A stretch of 63,097 bases of DNA, filler included, from Octopus bimaculoides (taxonomy: Eukaryota): the NCBI RefSeq assembly GCF_001194135.2. It is 4 parts of 4 records of this genome, joined end to end, with 100 filler letters (N's around TTAATTAATTAA, not from the genome) between each part and the next. Parts side by side here need not be neighbours in the genome. Positions count along the whole stretch, not along the records: positions 23,027 to 45,646 come from NC_069005.1; positions 45,747 to 57,778 come from NC_068984.1; 2 more parts are not named here. One strand, given 5' to 3'. The notes below the pieces were generated by a model. It was not told the origin of the DNA. It searched no databases and was given only the letters and a program-made list of their open reading frames with translations. The position numbers and the translations under genes were made by a program. Positions 38,504 through 51,529 of this stretch are shown one piece after another (position 1 is the stretch's first letter; each line of letters begins with the position of its first letter).

Positions 38504-39863
38504 NNNNNNNNNNNNNNNNNNNNNNNNNNNNNNNNNNNNNNNNNNNNNNNNNNNNNNNNNNNNNNNNNNNNNNNNNNNNNNNNNNNNNNNNNNNNNNNNN
38601 NNNNNNNNNNNNNNNNNNNNNNNNNNNNNNNNNNNNNNNNNNNNNNNNNNNNNNNNNNNNNNNNNNNNNNNNNNNNNNNNNNNNNNNNNNNNNNNNNNNN
38701 NNNNNNNNNNNNNNNNNNNNNNNNNNNNNNNNNNNNNNNNNNNNNNNNNNNNNNNNNNNNNNNNNNNNNNNNNNNNNNNNNNNNNNNNNNNNNNNNNNNN
38801 NNNNNNNNNNNNNNNNNNNNNNNNNNNNNNNNNNNNNNNNNNNNNNNNNNNNNNNNNNNNNNNNNNNNNNNNNNNNNNNNNNNNNNNNNNNNNNNNNNNN
38901 NNNNNNNNNNNNNNNNNNNNNNNNNNNNNNNNNNNNNNNNNNNNNNNNNNNNNNNNNNNNNNNNNNNNNNNNNNNNNNNNNNNNNNNNNNNNNNNNNNNN
39001 NNNNNNNNNNNNNNNNNNNNNNNNNNNNNNNNNNNNNNNNNNNNNNNNNNNNNNNNNNNNNNNNNNNNNNNNNNNNNNNNNNNNNNNNNNNNNNNNNNNN
39101 NNNNNNNNNNNNNNNNNNNNNNNNNNNNNNNNNNNNNNNNNNNNNNNNNNNNNNNNNNNNNNNNNNNNNNNNNNNNNNNNNNNNNNNNNNNNNNNNNNNN
39201 NNNNNNNNNNNNNNNNNNNNNNNNNNNNNNNNNNNNNNNNNNNNNNNNNNNNNNNNNNNNNNNNNNNNNNNNNNNNNNNNNNNNNNNNNNNNNNNNNNNN
39301 NNNNNNNNNNNNNNNNNNNNNNNNNNNNNNNNNNNNNNNNNNNNNNNNTATATATATATATATATATTTTCTCCTTCCCCCTGCACATCTGTGTTTGCAT
39401 GTGTGTGTGTGTTGTAAGGCCAAGAAATGACACTTCTTACAACGCAAGTGTATTTTTGGTGAAATTCCCAAGAATGTTTCGCATTTTTAAGCCGACTCTT
39501 TTTATATCCGTTTTTTACGAGATAAGTCCCTGTCTTCTCTGTCGTGTCTCTTTCATCTTAAGTCACCGTCGTGAATAACGAATCTAAAATCACCACTGTT
39601 AATACAGTGTCAATTTTAATCTTAAGTCAGTGAGTCTATTTTCTCCGTAACATCATATCCTGTTACTTAACTGTAAACCTTTGTCTTAATCCATATCAAA
39701 TACTGAAAACCGCTAAATCCCCATTGGCTGTCGCTACTGGATCGGACGAATATAAAAAGTGTCCTTGTGTATGCATGGTGTGGAATTATCACTCTGTTTA
39801 TCTGTGTACATATGTGAGTATATGTGTATGTATGTGTGTGTATATGTGTGTGCATGTGTGTGT

Positions 39864-39902
<39 letters not shown>

Positions 39903-39926
39903 TGTGTGCGTGTGTGTAACTATACA

Positions 39927-40860
39927 TTAGGCTGGAAAGAAAGTTCTGTTGCATTAGAAGGTGGAAAAGGAAAAAAAATGCTGCTTTAGTTTTAATTGAT
40001 ATGTTTAATTAAGATAAGCCGCCCCACCATTCATTATTGATAACTTATTTGACAAATTATTGATCCCTCGGGCGTAATACTCTTCAGGTTCCGAAGCAAA
40101 GAAACACTAAATATCCTTTTTACCCTCTTCACAATTAGCAAATTTTTTCTCCTCGAAATAATGTTGCTTTAATATTGCAATAATGCTGAAAAGATAATAG
40201 TCAGGAGAGTATGGAGGATCTAGCAAAACTTCCATAATTAGTATCATAATCTTTTTTCGAGAGTGACTTCCAATTGCTTCCAATTGACGGCAATACGTCT
40301 CCGTATTAAATGTTTCGTTTTAATTTAACATACCATGGTTGACAACCCACTTCATATTCCATGAAATACAGTGAATAAAATTTTTTCGGATAAGTTCTGG
40401 TTTGGGGATAGATTTTCCTTTAAAATTTTGTGTCAACCACTGTCGTTTTCATTGAATATGATTATAAACAACCTACTTTTCATCACTTGTGACGCTTATA
40501 CCCAGCAAAGGCTGGCAGTAACGAAGAGCAGAGGACAACTCTTTGATTACGTTGGGAAACAGTCAAATGATGAAGGAACATTGACCAAGTTTAGATAATT
40601 TTCCTGGCTTATGAAGGTGTTTTTCAATCGATGTGTGACTTGAATTGTTCTGTTTTGCTAATTCTCGTAGAGTTTGCTTTGGAATTTCCTCAACTACGGT
40701 TTTCAGAAGCTCGACATTGACAAAACTTGGTCGTCTAGATCAAGAGGAACCTGTGAAATTTCCCAAGCAAATCTGGTCAAACCATCGTTGGCATGTCTGG
40801 TCACTTAAAGCTTCATTTTCATTGTAAGAACAAATATTTCTTGCTACTTCCATTACTGAA
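39927..40860 (-). mobile_element. Highly decayed mariner element with one TIR
   Basis: TIR-like ttaggctggaaagaaagt at 39927; CQRWF, VTSDEK, PPYSPD motifs on minus. Confidence 0.75.
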
Positions 40861-41189
40861 GAACCACTTTTGAATTCATACACTTTTGAATTCATGCAGT
40901 GTCTGACAAGGATCTAAATTTAAACACATTTTAAAAGGGTAAAATCAATACAAATTTAACCATTATGGTATAAATGTAATCAATAAAGAATGCATGCTTT
41001 TTTGTGTATACATGTATGCGTACATATATATGTGTATAAGTGCATATGGAGTGCATATGACACTGGGAGAAGTTTTAAAAAGTAATACGTAATATATAAG
41101 AAGATAAAAGTTAATGACGATTCGCATACACAAGCAGGCATTCATTCATTTAGACAAGCCTACCGACCCTTGTGAAGATGTATGTATAT

Positions 41190-41277
<88 letters not shown>

Positions 41278-41957
41278 ACACACACGCACAACACACACAC
41301 ACAACGCACACACACACACACTTACAAGGGGATTTCTCATTTTATATTAACCACTCATCCACCCTCAGGCAAGTTTTTCAGCAAAGCGCAGAATACAAGC
41401 AGATTCTTTACTTTTGTTCTTTCTGATGTCATTTGTTCTTGACGTCATTCGTATAACCACCTAAAACATTTTAAGAAGGTCTTTCAAAATTACTTTTTAC
41501 TGCCTCCAGATATGAAGATCATTTGCAATGCATGAATTTATTGAGCTATTTTTATTTGTCTCTCCAAAAGACAGATTGAATCAGGTTTTTACATATCCTG
41601 TTCAAATTAAAGGATTATTAAGCATATTTTGATTCTGGTAGCTGGATTTGTAATTTTCTAGTTACTCACCTTTTTTAACTCTTTTCTTGTCCGAAGCAAT
41701 TTCATAAATTTATTCAAAACGTTCTATGCTCGATTTCAGACTTTTATGGGAATGTGGATCATATATGATGCAAGGATACCTGGGAAATATACACGGCGAA
41801 TCACATGTGTTACGCAAGACAGGCGAAGGGTTAAGCTCTGTAATCTTTTGTGCTACATTGGACGGGCGGCTTCAAATAATATAGGAATTTGTTTCTTAAT
41901 TCTTCGTTGCCAATAACAGCATAAGTTCTGTGCATCATGACCGAATGTAGCTGCTAC

Positions 41958-41989
<32 letters not shown>

Positions 41990-42118
41990 CACGTATGTAT
42001 GTATGTATGTATGTATGTATGTATGTATGTATGTTTGTATGTATGTTTGTATGTATGTTTGTATGTGTATGTATGTATGTATGTATGTGTGTGTATATAT
42101 ATATGTGTGTATGTGTGT

Positions 42119-42221
<103 letters not shown>

Positions 42222-42509
42222 CAGTTGCAGTATAGCTAAATGAATTCGAGACCGAATCTACGTTTCTGAACACTATCAAACAAATTTCTGCTCTATTGTT
42301 TTATCTTCTCTTCACTTAGAGATTAATGTGAATAAGTTGACCTGATCTTCCTCAGGTCATTCCGCGGTTAACCTTGATAATACTGGAAAAATCCATTGCT
42401 CTCAGTTGGCTTACTTAAATCACCAAGCATAAAGATACAGCCAAATATTAAGTCCATCATTTTTAATAATTTCAGAGAGAAAGTCAAGAAGAATTATCAC
42501 TCTCTCTTA

Positions 42510-42721
42510 ATTATGGTTTCAAATTTTGGCACAAGGCCAGCAAGTTCAGAAGTGAGGGTAAGTCGATTACATGGACCTTAGTACTGAACTGCTACTTATT
42601 TAATCGACCCCGAAAAGATGAAAAGCAAAATCGACCTAGGTGAGATTTGAACTCAGAACATAAAGACGGATTAAATGCGGCTAAGCATTTTGCCCAGCGT
42701 GCTAACGATTTTGCCAGCTCG
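42510..42721 (-). mobile_element. SINE family A, short tail
   Basis: Complete head, core and tail. Confidence 0.9.
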
Positions 42722-43177
42722 GGACATATTACTATCTTTTTTCTTCGTAACAACCACAGAGAAATTAAAAATATACACAATGAACCATGAATCCACTGAA
42801 AATATTTTACTGCAACAAACAAATAACTTGTGTACACAGGACGACCCGACGACGTCGTTAATTTTCAATTGCAACAGCTAATACTGTAAATGATACTTGA
42901 TAAATGGCCATTTTAATAATCAAAATCAGTATTATCTTCCAATTATTTCTCAAATGCGTTATGACAATAAAACTCAATCACCGTCGTCACGTATACAAAT
43001 GTATGTATGTATGTATGCATGTATGTATGTATGTATGTATGTATGTATGTATAGATGGATGGATGGATGGATGGATGGATGGATGGGTGTATGCATGCAT
43101 GTATGTATGTATGTATGTATGTATGTATGTATGTATGTATGTATGTATCTATGTAAGTATGTATGTATGTATTTATA

Positions 43178-43252
<75 letters not shown>

Positions 43253-43552
43253 AGAGAGAGATTATCCGTCTTTATGTTTTTATATGTATATTTGTCGTCG
43301 GTTTTATTTGAATCGACTATATATATATATATATATATGTATAGGAATAATAGTTGTTTTGATCATCAAAATGGCCATTTATTAAGTATTAAGTGTCAGT
43401 TGTAATATTAGTCGTTAAAATTATAATTGACAATAAATTTTACGTGATACTTAACAAATGGTCATTTTAATAACGTAGCTATTATTCTGCAATACTTACA
43501 TACAGACAAACATACATACATACGTATGTGTATATCTTTCTTTCTTTTTTTC

Positions 43553-43590
43553 CTCTTTCTGACGAAGTGCATGGCTCGAAACGTCAGACA
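43553..43590 (+). ncRNA. Minimal hammerhead motif, intact core, weak stem I
   Basis: CTGACGA-a-gtgc(atg)gctc-GAAA-cg-TC; palindromic acgt; one T.T mismatch in stem II. Confidence 0.5.
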
Positions 43591-43718
43591 CTCCTTTGTT
43601 ATATCTTATACTGGGCGTTAACTTAATATATTGCCTGAGTACGTCCTTTTAACTTTTGTTGTTTTGTTTATATTAATTATTCTTTTTCGATTTAACTATA
43701 CATACATACATACATACA

Positions 43719-43778
<60 letters not shown>

Positions 43779-43788
43779 NNNNNNNNNN

Positions 43789-43852
<64 letters not shown>

Positions 43853-43856
<4 letters not shown>

Positions 43857-44130
43857 AGGCGTGGCTGTGTGGTAAATAGCTTGCTTACCAACCACACTCT
43901 CGTGAGTGGATTTGCTTGACGGAAACTGAAAGAAACCCGTCGTATATATGTGTGAGTGTGTGTGTGTTTGTCCCTCCACCATCGCTTGACAACCGATGTT
44001 GGTGTGTTTATGCCCCCGTAACTTGGCGGTTCGGCAAAAGAGGCCCTTAGAATAAGTACCAAGCTTACAACGAATAAGTCCAGGAGTCGACTAAAAGGCA
44101 TGGTCACAGTCAAATGACTACTACAAGTAA
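43853..44130 (+). mobile_element. SINE family B with a deletion in the head
   Basis: Head start jumps to gtgagtggattt, removing the B-box region; 3' module present. Confidence 0.88.
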
Positions 44131-44197
44131 GACATAAACAAGAGCACTCAGAGAGCGCAAACCACCGCCAAGGCAACACCAATGTCCTGGGTTTTTT

Positions 44198-44325
44198 TTT
44201 ATTACCCACAAGGAGCTAAATATAGAGGTTTATACAGCACATAATACAAATCATAGAATCGGGGAAATAAAAATACAAAAAGGAAATCGAGTAAAGAAGA
44301 AAAAATAAAAGAAACGAATGAAATT
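44198..44325 (-). mobile_element. LINE-like 3' end with poly(A)
   Basis: T-rich UTR ending ctctatatttagctccttgtgggtaataaaaaaaaa. Confidence 0.55.
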
Positions 44326-44887
44326 NNNNNNNNNNNNNNNNNNNNNNNNNNNNNNNNNNNNNNNNNNNNNNNNNNNNNNNNNNNNNNNNNNNNNNNNNNN
44401 NNNNNNNNNNNNNNNNNNNNNNNNNNNNNNNNNNNNNNNNNNNNNNNNNNNNNNNNNNNNNNNNNNNNNNNNNNNNNNNNNNNNNNNNNNNNNNNNNNNN
44501 NNNNNNNNNNNNNNNNNNNNNNNNNNNNNNNNNNNNNNNNNNNNNNNNNNNNNNNNNNNNNNNNNNNNNNNNNNNNNNNNNNNNNNNNNNNNNNNNNNNN
44601 NNNNNNNNNNNNNNNNNNNNNNNNNNNNNNNNNNNNNNNNNNNNNNNNNNNNNNNNNNNNNNNNNNNNNNNNNNNNNNNNNNNNNNNNNNNNNNNNNNNN
44701 NNNNNNNNNNNNNNNNNNNNNNNNNNNNNNNNNNNNNNNNNNNNNNNNNNNNNNNNNNNNNNNNNNNNNNNNNNNNNNNNNNNNNNNNNNNNNNNNNNNN
44801 NNNNNNNNNNNNNNNNNNNNNNNNNNNNNNNNNNNNNNNNNNNNNNNNNNNNNNNNNNNNNNNNNNNNNNNNNNNNNNNNNNNNNNG

Positions 44888-45645
44888 GGGCCGACAAAAC
44901 CTCACTCCCTTCCTCTTCCAACCCACTCTGCCCTCCCCAGTCCCCTCATCCTCTCTTGCATCTCCGACGCACCCCGCATCGCTTCTGTCCTCTATATCCC
45001 TCCCCGCTTTAATCTCCTCCTCCATCCCCACTTCCTGGTCCTCCTCCACCACCCTCCCATTCCGCGCATGTTCGTGCCTGGGGCACTGTGTCCTGATATG
45101 ACCTCCCACTCCACACATGTAACAATTGGGTCGACGACCCTCCATAACAACTTCAAGCGAACGCCCCTTCTGCAATGTCCATCTACTGGAGGACCCTATC
45201 AATGTCCTCAAAAGTGACAAAAAAGCCACATCTCAACACCGCATCCCCACCAGTCTAATATGCTTGCCCCTCCCAGCGGTCCCAATTCTGACAGTCTCCA
45301 ATGGCAGTCAGAACAGCTGCCACCAACCACTCTGTCAGGTGGCACTCCTCCCATTCGGACTCGAACGCCGCGCCCACCCCCATACATCAGCGCTACTCCG
45401 TCAGAACGTAGAACAGTGGTGAGGCCACCCTCAGATTGTGGCAAACCTAACCTCCACCGTGCCGAACCTTCCTCCTCCGCTCACAAATGCTGCTTTCCTC
45501 ATCAGAGCTCCCAGACACTTCTCGACATCATCCTCCAACAGGATCTCCATCCTGCTGGTGGCGACCGCCCGCGTGCGGCACACCACCGTCTCATCGCTCC
45601 CGCCGTTCACCGCTTCCTCTGGAGGGACCAATCCAACTGCATCTC
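44888..45645 (-). mobile_element. Tx1/L1-like LINE ORF1 remnant (gag-type zinc knuckle)
   Basis: GRRPNCYMCGVGGHIRTQC (CX2CX4HX4C) followed by an acidic/basic low-complexity stretch; upstream FGTVEVRFAT; stops present. Confidence 0.7.
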
Positions 45646-47936
45646 CNNNNNNNNNNNNNNNNNNNNNNNNNNNNNNNNNNNNNNNNNNNNTTAATTAATT
45701 AANNNNNNNNNNNNNNNNNNNNNNNNNNNNNNNNNNNNNNNNNNNNATATATATACAGTAAATAGAAAATGGAAAAATATTAATCAACAACAGTTGACTA
45801 ACATCAATTATTACTTTTTAATACAAATATACTGTATTCCATCTAATAGCTGTTTCTACTGCCAATGTTTTACGGTATTGCCATTGAAAATTCTGGAAAT
45901 AATATTCATCATATTTGGTAACACATCCGATCTCGAACATGGAGCTTCATCAGAGTGAAGAAAAATTTCTTAAAGAAAAGAAAAGAAAAGTAGAAGAGCC
46001 TCGAGAAGATGAAAGGCTTAATATAATTAAATCATACCATTTTGCATATGTGTTACTTCAGGACATTGAGTAAATGACTAAACTTAAAATATTAATTGGT
46101 GGGTTAATTTTTCTATAGGGGTAACAGATGTATAAGTAATAAAAAATAAAATAAAAAATTACCGTAGCGGGATACGCCAATCGTTCTAGAGAAAGAGGGA
46201 GTGCGAGTGCCATAACACTTAAGTAATCATAACAGTTCTTAAAATTATGTTAATTGTACTAATTAATAGTTTATCATAATAAAGTGCCCATCAATTAATA
46301 ACAAATTATTTACTTACTGATATGTTGTAAAGATCAATGCGATTGACCAAAGTCCAGCTTTCGATATAATTGGTCAGTAAATTTTAAAAACAAAGGGCAA
46401 GCTATTAAGAGCGTTATATCGGCAGTTGTAAATAAATAAATAAATAAATAAAGGTAAAGAAAAGTAGTATATGTTGTAAAGTGGCCCAAAACCGCTTAGG
46501 ACATTGTAAATAAAAAAAAACAAAAAAAACAAAAACAAACAAACATGTAAACAAGCACAATGCGAAGGAATGAACAACTCCTGCAGTGTCATTAAAACCT
46601 AGAGATGTCCTTATTTGGACAATTGTGTATTAATGCGGGTGGGGTGGAGAAATGGTCAAATGCTTTATAAAATAGGAATGTGAAGTTAGTATACAAAGAA
46701 GGGAATTCATTAGTAGGAAAGAAAATAGGGGGGGGGGAGATAAAGGTGTAAACCACGGTTACGGGGAGACTACAGTTAAGGGGAGGTAATGACTAGGGAA
46801 GTGACATTTAGAGAATTATTATACAAAGTCTAACTTCTGAACTAGGGTTAACATAGGTAATTATACTGGTAGTAAAACGGATATTTTTATCCCTTAGATG
46901 GTTATCCCAAACTCTCTCTTCTGACCTATGCATACATANNNNNNNNNNNNNNNNNNNNNNNNNNNNNNNNNNNNNNNNNNNNNNNNNNNNNNNNNNNNNN
47001 NNNNNNNNNNNNNNNNNNNNNNNNNNNNNNNNNNNNNNNNNNNNNNNNNNNNNNNNNNNNNNNNNNNNNNNNNNNNNNNNNNNNNNNNNNNNNNNNNNNN
47101 NNNNNNNNNNNNNNNNNNNNNNNNNNNNNNNNNNNNNNNNNNNNNNNNNNNNNNNNNNNNNNNNNNNNNNNNNNNNNNNNNNNNNNNNNNNNNNNNNNNN
47201 NNNNNNNNNNNNNNNNNNNNNNNNNNNNNNNNNNNNNNNNNNNNNNNNNNNNNNNNNNNNNNNNNNNNNNNNNNNNNNNNNNNNNNNNNNNNNNNNNNNN
47301 NNNNNNNNNNNNNNNNNNNNNNNNNNNNNNNNNNNNNNNNNNNNNNNNNNNNNNNNNNNNNNNNNNNNNNNNNNNNNNNNNNNNNNNNNNNNNNNNNNNN
47401 NNNNNNNNNNNNNNNNNNNNNNNNNNNNNNNNNNNNNNNNNNNNNNNNNNNNNNNNNNNNNNNNNNNNNNNNNNNNNNNNNNNNNNNNNNNNNNNNNNNN
47501 NNNNNNNNNNNNNNNNNNNNNNNNNNNNNNNNNNNNNNNNNNNNNNNNNNNNNNNNNNNNNNNNNNNNNNNNNNNNNNNNNNNNNNNNNNNNNNNNNNNN
47601 NNNNNNNNNNNNNNNNNNNNNNNNNNNNNNNNNNNNNNNNNNNNNNNNNNNNNNNNNNNNNNNNNNNNNNNNNNNNNNNNNNNNNNNNNNNNNNNNNNNN
47701 NNNNNNNNNNNNNNNNNNNNNNNNNNNNNNNNNNNNNNNNNNNNNNNNNNNNNNNNNNNNNNNNNNNNNNNNNNNNNNNNNNNNNNNNNNNNNNNNNNNN
47801 NNNNNNNNNNNNNNNNNNNNNNNNNNNNNNNNNNNNNNNNNNNNNNNNNNNNNNNNNNNNNNNNNNNNNNNNNNNNNNNNNNNNNNNNNNNNNNNNNNNN
47901 NNNNNNNNNNNNNNNNNNNNNNNNNNNNNNNNNNNN

Positions 47937-47974
<38 letters not shown>

Positions 47975-47984
47975 TATTTATGTG

Positions 47985-48190
47985 TGCCTTTGTGTCTGTG
48001 TTTGTCCCCCTACCATAGCTTGATGGCCGATGTTGGTTTGTTTATGTCCCTGTAACCAGCGGTTCAGCAAAGAGACTGATAGGATAAGTACCAAGCTTAC
48101 AATGAATAAGTCCTGGGATTGATTTGTTCGACTAAAAAGCAGTGCTCCAGCATGGCCGCAGTCGAATGACTGAAATAAACATAAAAATAA
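47985..48190 (+). mobile_element. SINE B 3' module
   Basis: Follows an N gap and (TA)n. Confidence 0.88.
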
Positions 48191-48199
48191 ATCGGGCTG

Positions 48200-49200
48200 C
48201 AGCAAGTAGCATTAGATGGCAAGAACCATCCTATTGAGTTACAGCAAGTAAACTTAGATGCTAAAAACCCTCCTAAGTATCCTAGCTGTCCATAATAACA
48301 CTGATTTCTGCAGCTATACTAAACTGGGTTTTATGTCTATTTCCTCAATCCATCTACATTCACTTACTATATGAGTAACGCTTTCCTCATTTGATTTGCA
48401 TAATCTTCATTGGGAATCTACTTGGTTTTTGTCTATCTTGGCTTTTATCCAATTAGTCCTTAATACTTGATCTTATGCAGCTACTAACAAACTTTCTGTC
48501 TCCCTTTTCAGTTTTCTGCAGCCTTAACCATGTCTCACTATTACTATTTGCTGAAAGTATCTTTAGGAATCTACCATGCAACGCCTTCTCCTGCCAGTCA
48601 AATAATTTCTGTTCTTTTTACTGGCTTTTAAGTTCGTTTGGTGTTTTGGTTTCCCTATGTCTTGCTGTGACTCTAGCAGCTTTTAATAAATTTTCTTCAC
48701 TATTATCTACATAGGATTCTATATCTACTCCAGCTAACTCCGCGCAGTCTTCTACTGATATTAACCCTCTTCCACCTTCCTTTCTAGGTATATATAATCT
48801 TGCTACTCCTGCCCTTGGTTGGAGCCCTCCATTCATATTGAATTCCTTCCTAGTATTTCTGTCTAGCTTTGCTATTTCAGTTTTTGTCCAATCTACAAAA
48901 GGTGTTGAGTATCTAAGTAATGATACTACCCAAGCACTTACAGTCTTCACTAGATTCGGGTCATTTGGCTTTCACTTCATTAGATTCCTTACCGTTCTGA
49001 TGTACTCCTTCTTAAGCTTCGTTTTCATTTCTGTAGTTAGTACCCTGTCAAATTTTAATATTCCTAGATACGTATAACTCCCTCCTCCTTTCAATGATTT
49101 TAATATCTGGTAACAAGATGCTTTCGCTGTTGACTACTTGTCCCCTTCTCATGACTAATATTTAAGAATTTTCTGCGGTTCATTATGTCTTCTTTTAATT
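48200..49200 (-). mobile_element. R4/Dong LINE fragment: RT end, thumb and zinc knuckle, with most of the RLE deleted
   Basis: YTYLG, LRYS...W...LD..TRK, RLYIPRKEGGRGL, LHGRF, RLCKSNEESVTHIVSEC, then directly LQKSVLL.TARILRRVF. Confidence 0.88.
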
Positions 49201-49350
49201 TAAACTCTTAGTATAGCGTTCATAGCCTCTCTCCCTAAACAGCTCCCTGTAAACTAGCGTTCTTGTTTCTAACGGTCATTTAACTTAGCTATATAGTGTT
49301 ATTCGTCGTACATAACCTTAGCATTCAGCACAAGTCTTGCATTTGTAATA

Positions 49351-49444
49351 TGGTTCCCTGACGATAAAATTACATGTATATTCCAGCATCTCTTACTTCT
49401 TTGGAGTAGAGTGCATGTAATTTTTTAAACATATGTAGGAATTA
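49351..49444 (+). ncRNA. Type I hammerhead motif with 13-bp stem II and G12U change
   Basis: tggttcc-CTGACGA-t-aaaattacatgta...tgcatgtaatttt-t-TAAA-catatg-TA-ggaatta; perfect palindrome acatatgt. Confidence 0.65.
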
Positions 49445-49847
49445 AAGGAACTTATTGATTATATGCGTTTTGGTCCATTTATTATTATTCTTTATATCAA
49501 CTCAAAACACATAACTTTAACATAGAATTTCTACCCCTTAACCGGGTATAATATCCCAGTTTTTTTTGTGTGATTTTTGCTACCCTGGTAACTATTAATA
49601 TATTTGCATTATCGAAGTTTTTCAACCAAGATAATATTAATATATACATATACATATACATATACACNNNNNNNNNNNNNNNNNNNNNNNNNNNNNNNNN
49701 NNNNNNNNNNNNNNNNNNNNNNNNNNNNNNNNNNNNNNNNNNNNNNNNNNNNNNNNNNNNNNNNNNNNNNNNNNNNNNNNNNNNNNNNNNNNNNNNNNNN
49801 NNNNNNNNNNNNNNNNNNNNNNNNNNNNNNNNNNNNNNNNNNNNNNN

Positions 49848-49888
<41 letters not shown>

Positions 49889-49894
49889 TTGTGT

Positions 49895-50057
49895 GTGTCT
49901 GCGTTTGTCACCCAACCATCGCTTGACAATCGATGTTAGTGTCTTTACGTCCCCGTAACTTAGCGGTTCGGCAATAGAGACCAATAAAATAAGTCGTAAG
50001 CTTATAAAGAATAAGTCCTGGGGTCGATTTGATCGACTAAAGGCGGTGCTTCAGTAT
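49895..50057 (+). mobile_element. SINE B 3' module
   Basis: Follows an N gap and (TG)n. Confidence 0.88.
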
Positions 50058-50317
50058 GCTGGTAAATATATGCTACAGTTACGTACTGCTACTGTTTATA
50101 TCTCACTCAGAGATTTAATATAACATTCTTTCTGTTCCACGATATCAGCGACAGTGAGTCGTTAGAAAAATATATAGTAATTTGCAAGTGAAATGAGCTT
50201 CCATCACTAGCTAGTGATTAACACACTCTGAGGACTCAGAAACTCGAGTCCATGTGTGTCACGTAAGGCTAGAGATGGGAGCGATGATCTCCCCTCGCAA
50301 ATTCTAATCGGACACAG

Positions 50318-50408
50318 GATGTATGTCGTTAGCCAGCTGGAGGAGATGTCCTCCTGGCGCTATAAACATCAGAAGCACTATCTTATATAGGACGCCACAC
50401 TTAGTTGG

Positions 50409-50412
<4 letters not shown>
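50318..50412 (-). repeat. Unclassified interspersed repeat, second copy at 62998-63097 (+)
   Basis: ccaggaggacatctcctccagctggct and aagtgtggc shared in opposite orientation. Confidence 0.75.
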
Positions 50413-50443
<31 letters not shown>

Positions 50444-51099
50444 NNNNNNNNNNNNNNNNNNNNNNNNNNNNNNNNNNNNNNNNNNNNNNNNNNNNNNNNN
50501 NNNNNNNNNNNNNNNNNNNNNNNNNNNNNNNNNNNNNNNNNNNNNNNNNNNNNNNNNNNNNNNNNNNNNNNNNNNNNNNNNNNNNNNNNNNNNNNNNNNN
50601 NNNNNNNNNNNNNNNNNNNNNNNNNNNNNNNNNNNNNNNNNNNNNNNNNNNNNNNNNNNNNNNNNNNNNNNNNNNNNNNNNNNNNNNNNNNNNNNNNNNN
50701 NNNNNNNNNNNNNNNNNNNNNNNNNNNNNNNNNNNNNNNNNNNNNNNNNNNNNNNNNNNNNNNNNNNNNNNNNNNNNNNNNNNNNNNNNNNNNNNNNNNN
50801 NNNNNNNNNNNNNNNNNNNNNNNNNNNNNNNNNNNNNNNNNNNNNNNNNNNNNNNNNNNNNNNNNNNNNNNNNNNNNNNNNNNNNNNNNNNNNNNNNNNN
50901 NNNNNNNNNNNNNNNNNNNNNNNNNNNNNNNNNNNNNNNNNNNNNNNNNNNNNNNNNNNNNNNNNNNNNNNNNNNNNNNNNNNNNNNNNNNNNNNNNNNN
51001 NNNNNNNNNNNNNNNNNNNNNNNNNNNNNNNNNNNNNNNNNNNNNNNNNNNNNNNNNNNNNTATATATATATATATATATATATATGCATGCATGTGAG

Positions 51100-51220
51100 T
51101 GAGCGGTTTCGGGTTCAGTCCTACTGCGTGGCATCTTGGGCAAGTACCTTCTACAATAGCCATAGACAGACCAATGCCTTGTGAATTTTGTAGACGGAAA
51201 CTGAAAGAAACCCGTTGTAT
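51100..51220 (+). mobile_element. SINE B 5' module, partial
   Basis: ggttcagtcctactgcgtggcatcttgggcaag...gacggaaactgaaagaaacccg. Confidence 0.82.
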
Positions 51221-51434
51221 ATAGCGCACACACACACACGCACTCACACACATATATATCTACACTCATATATATATGTAGACACACACACATATGTATA
51301 TATTGAAATTTGCGTGTGTATATATATATGTGTGTGGTGTATGTGTGTATATGTCTATCAGTATATTTATATGTACTTGTAGCTATATATGTATATATAC
51401 ACATAAATATATGCATATGCAACTGCCTACCTAC

Positions 51435-51470
<36 letters not shown>

Positions 51471-51471
51471 A

Positions 51472-51529
<58 letters not shown>

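Noticed and set aside
41660-41760. GTGAGT donor on minus with an upstream near-open frame
   Set aside because: All three frames contain stops within about 70 bp and there is no acceptor.
42338-42359. TGACCTGA-n6-TCAGGTCA hairpin / nuclear receptor half-site pair
   Set aside because: An 8-bp inverted repeat is expected by chance in 60 kb; no supporting context.
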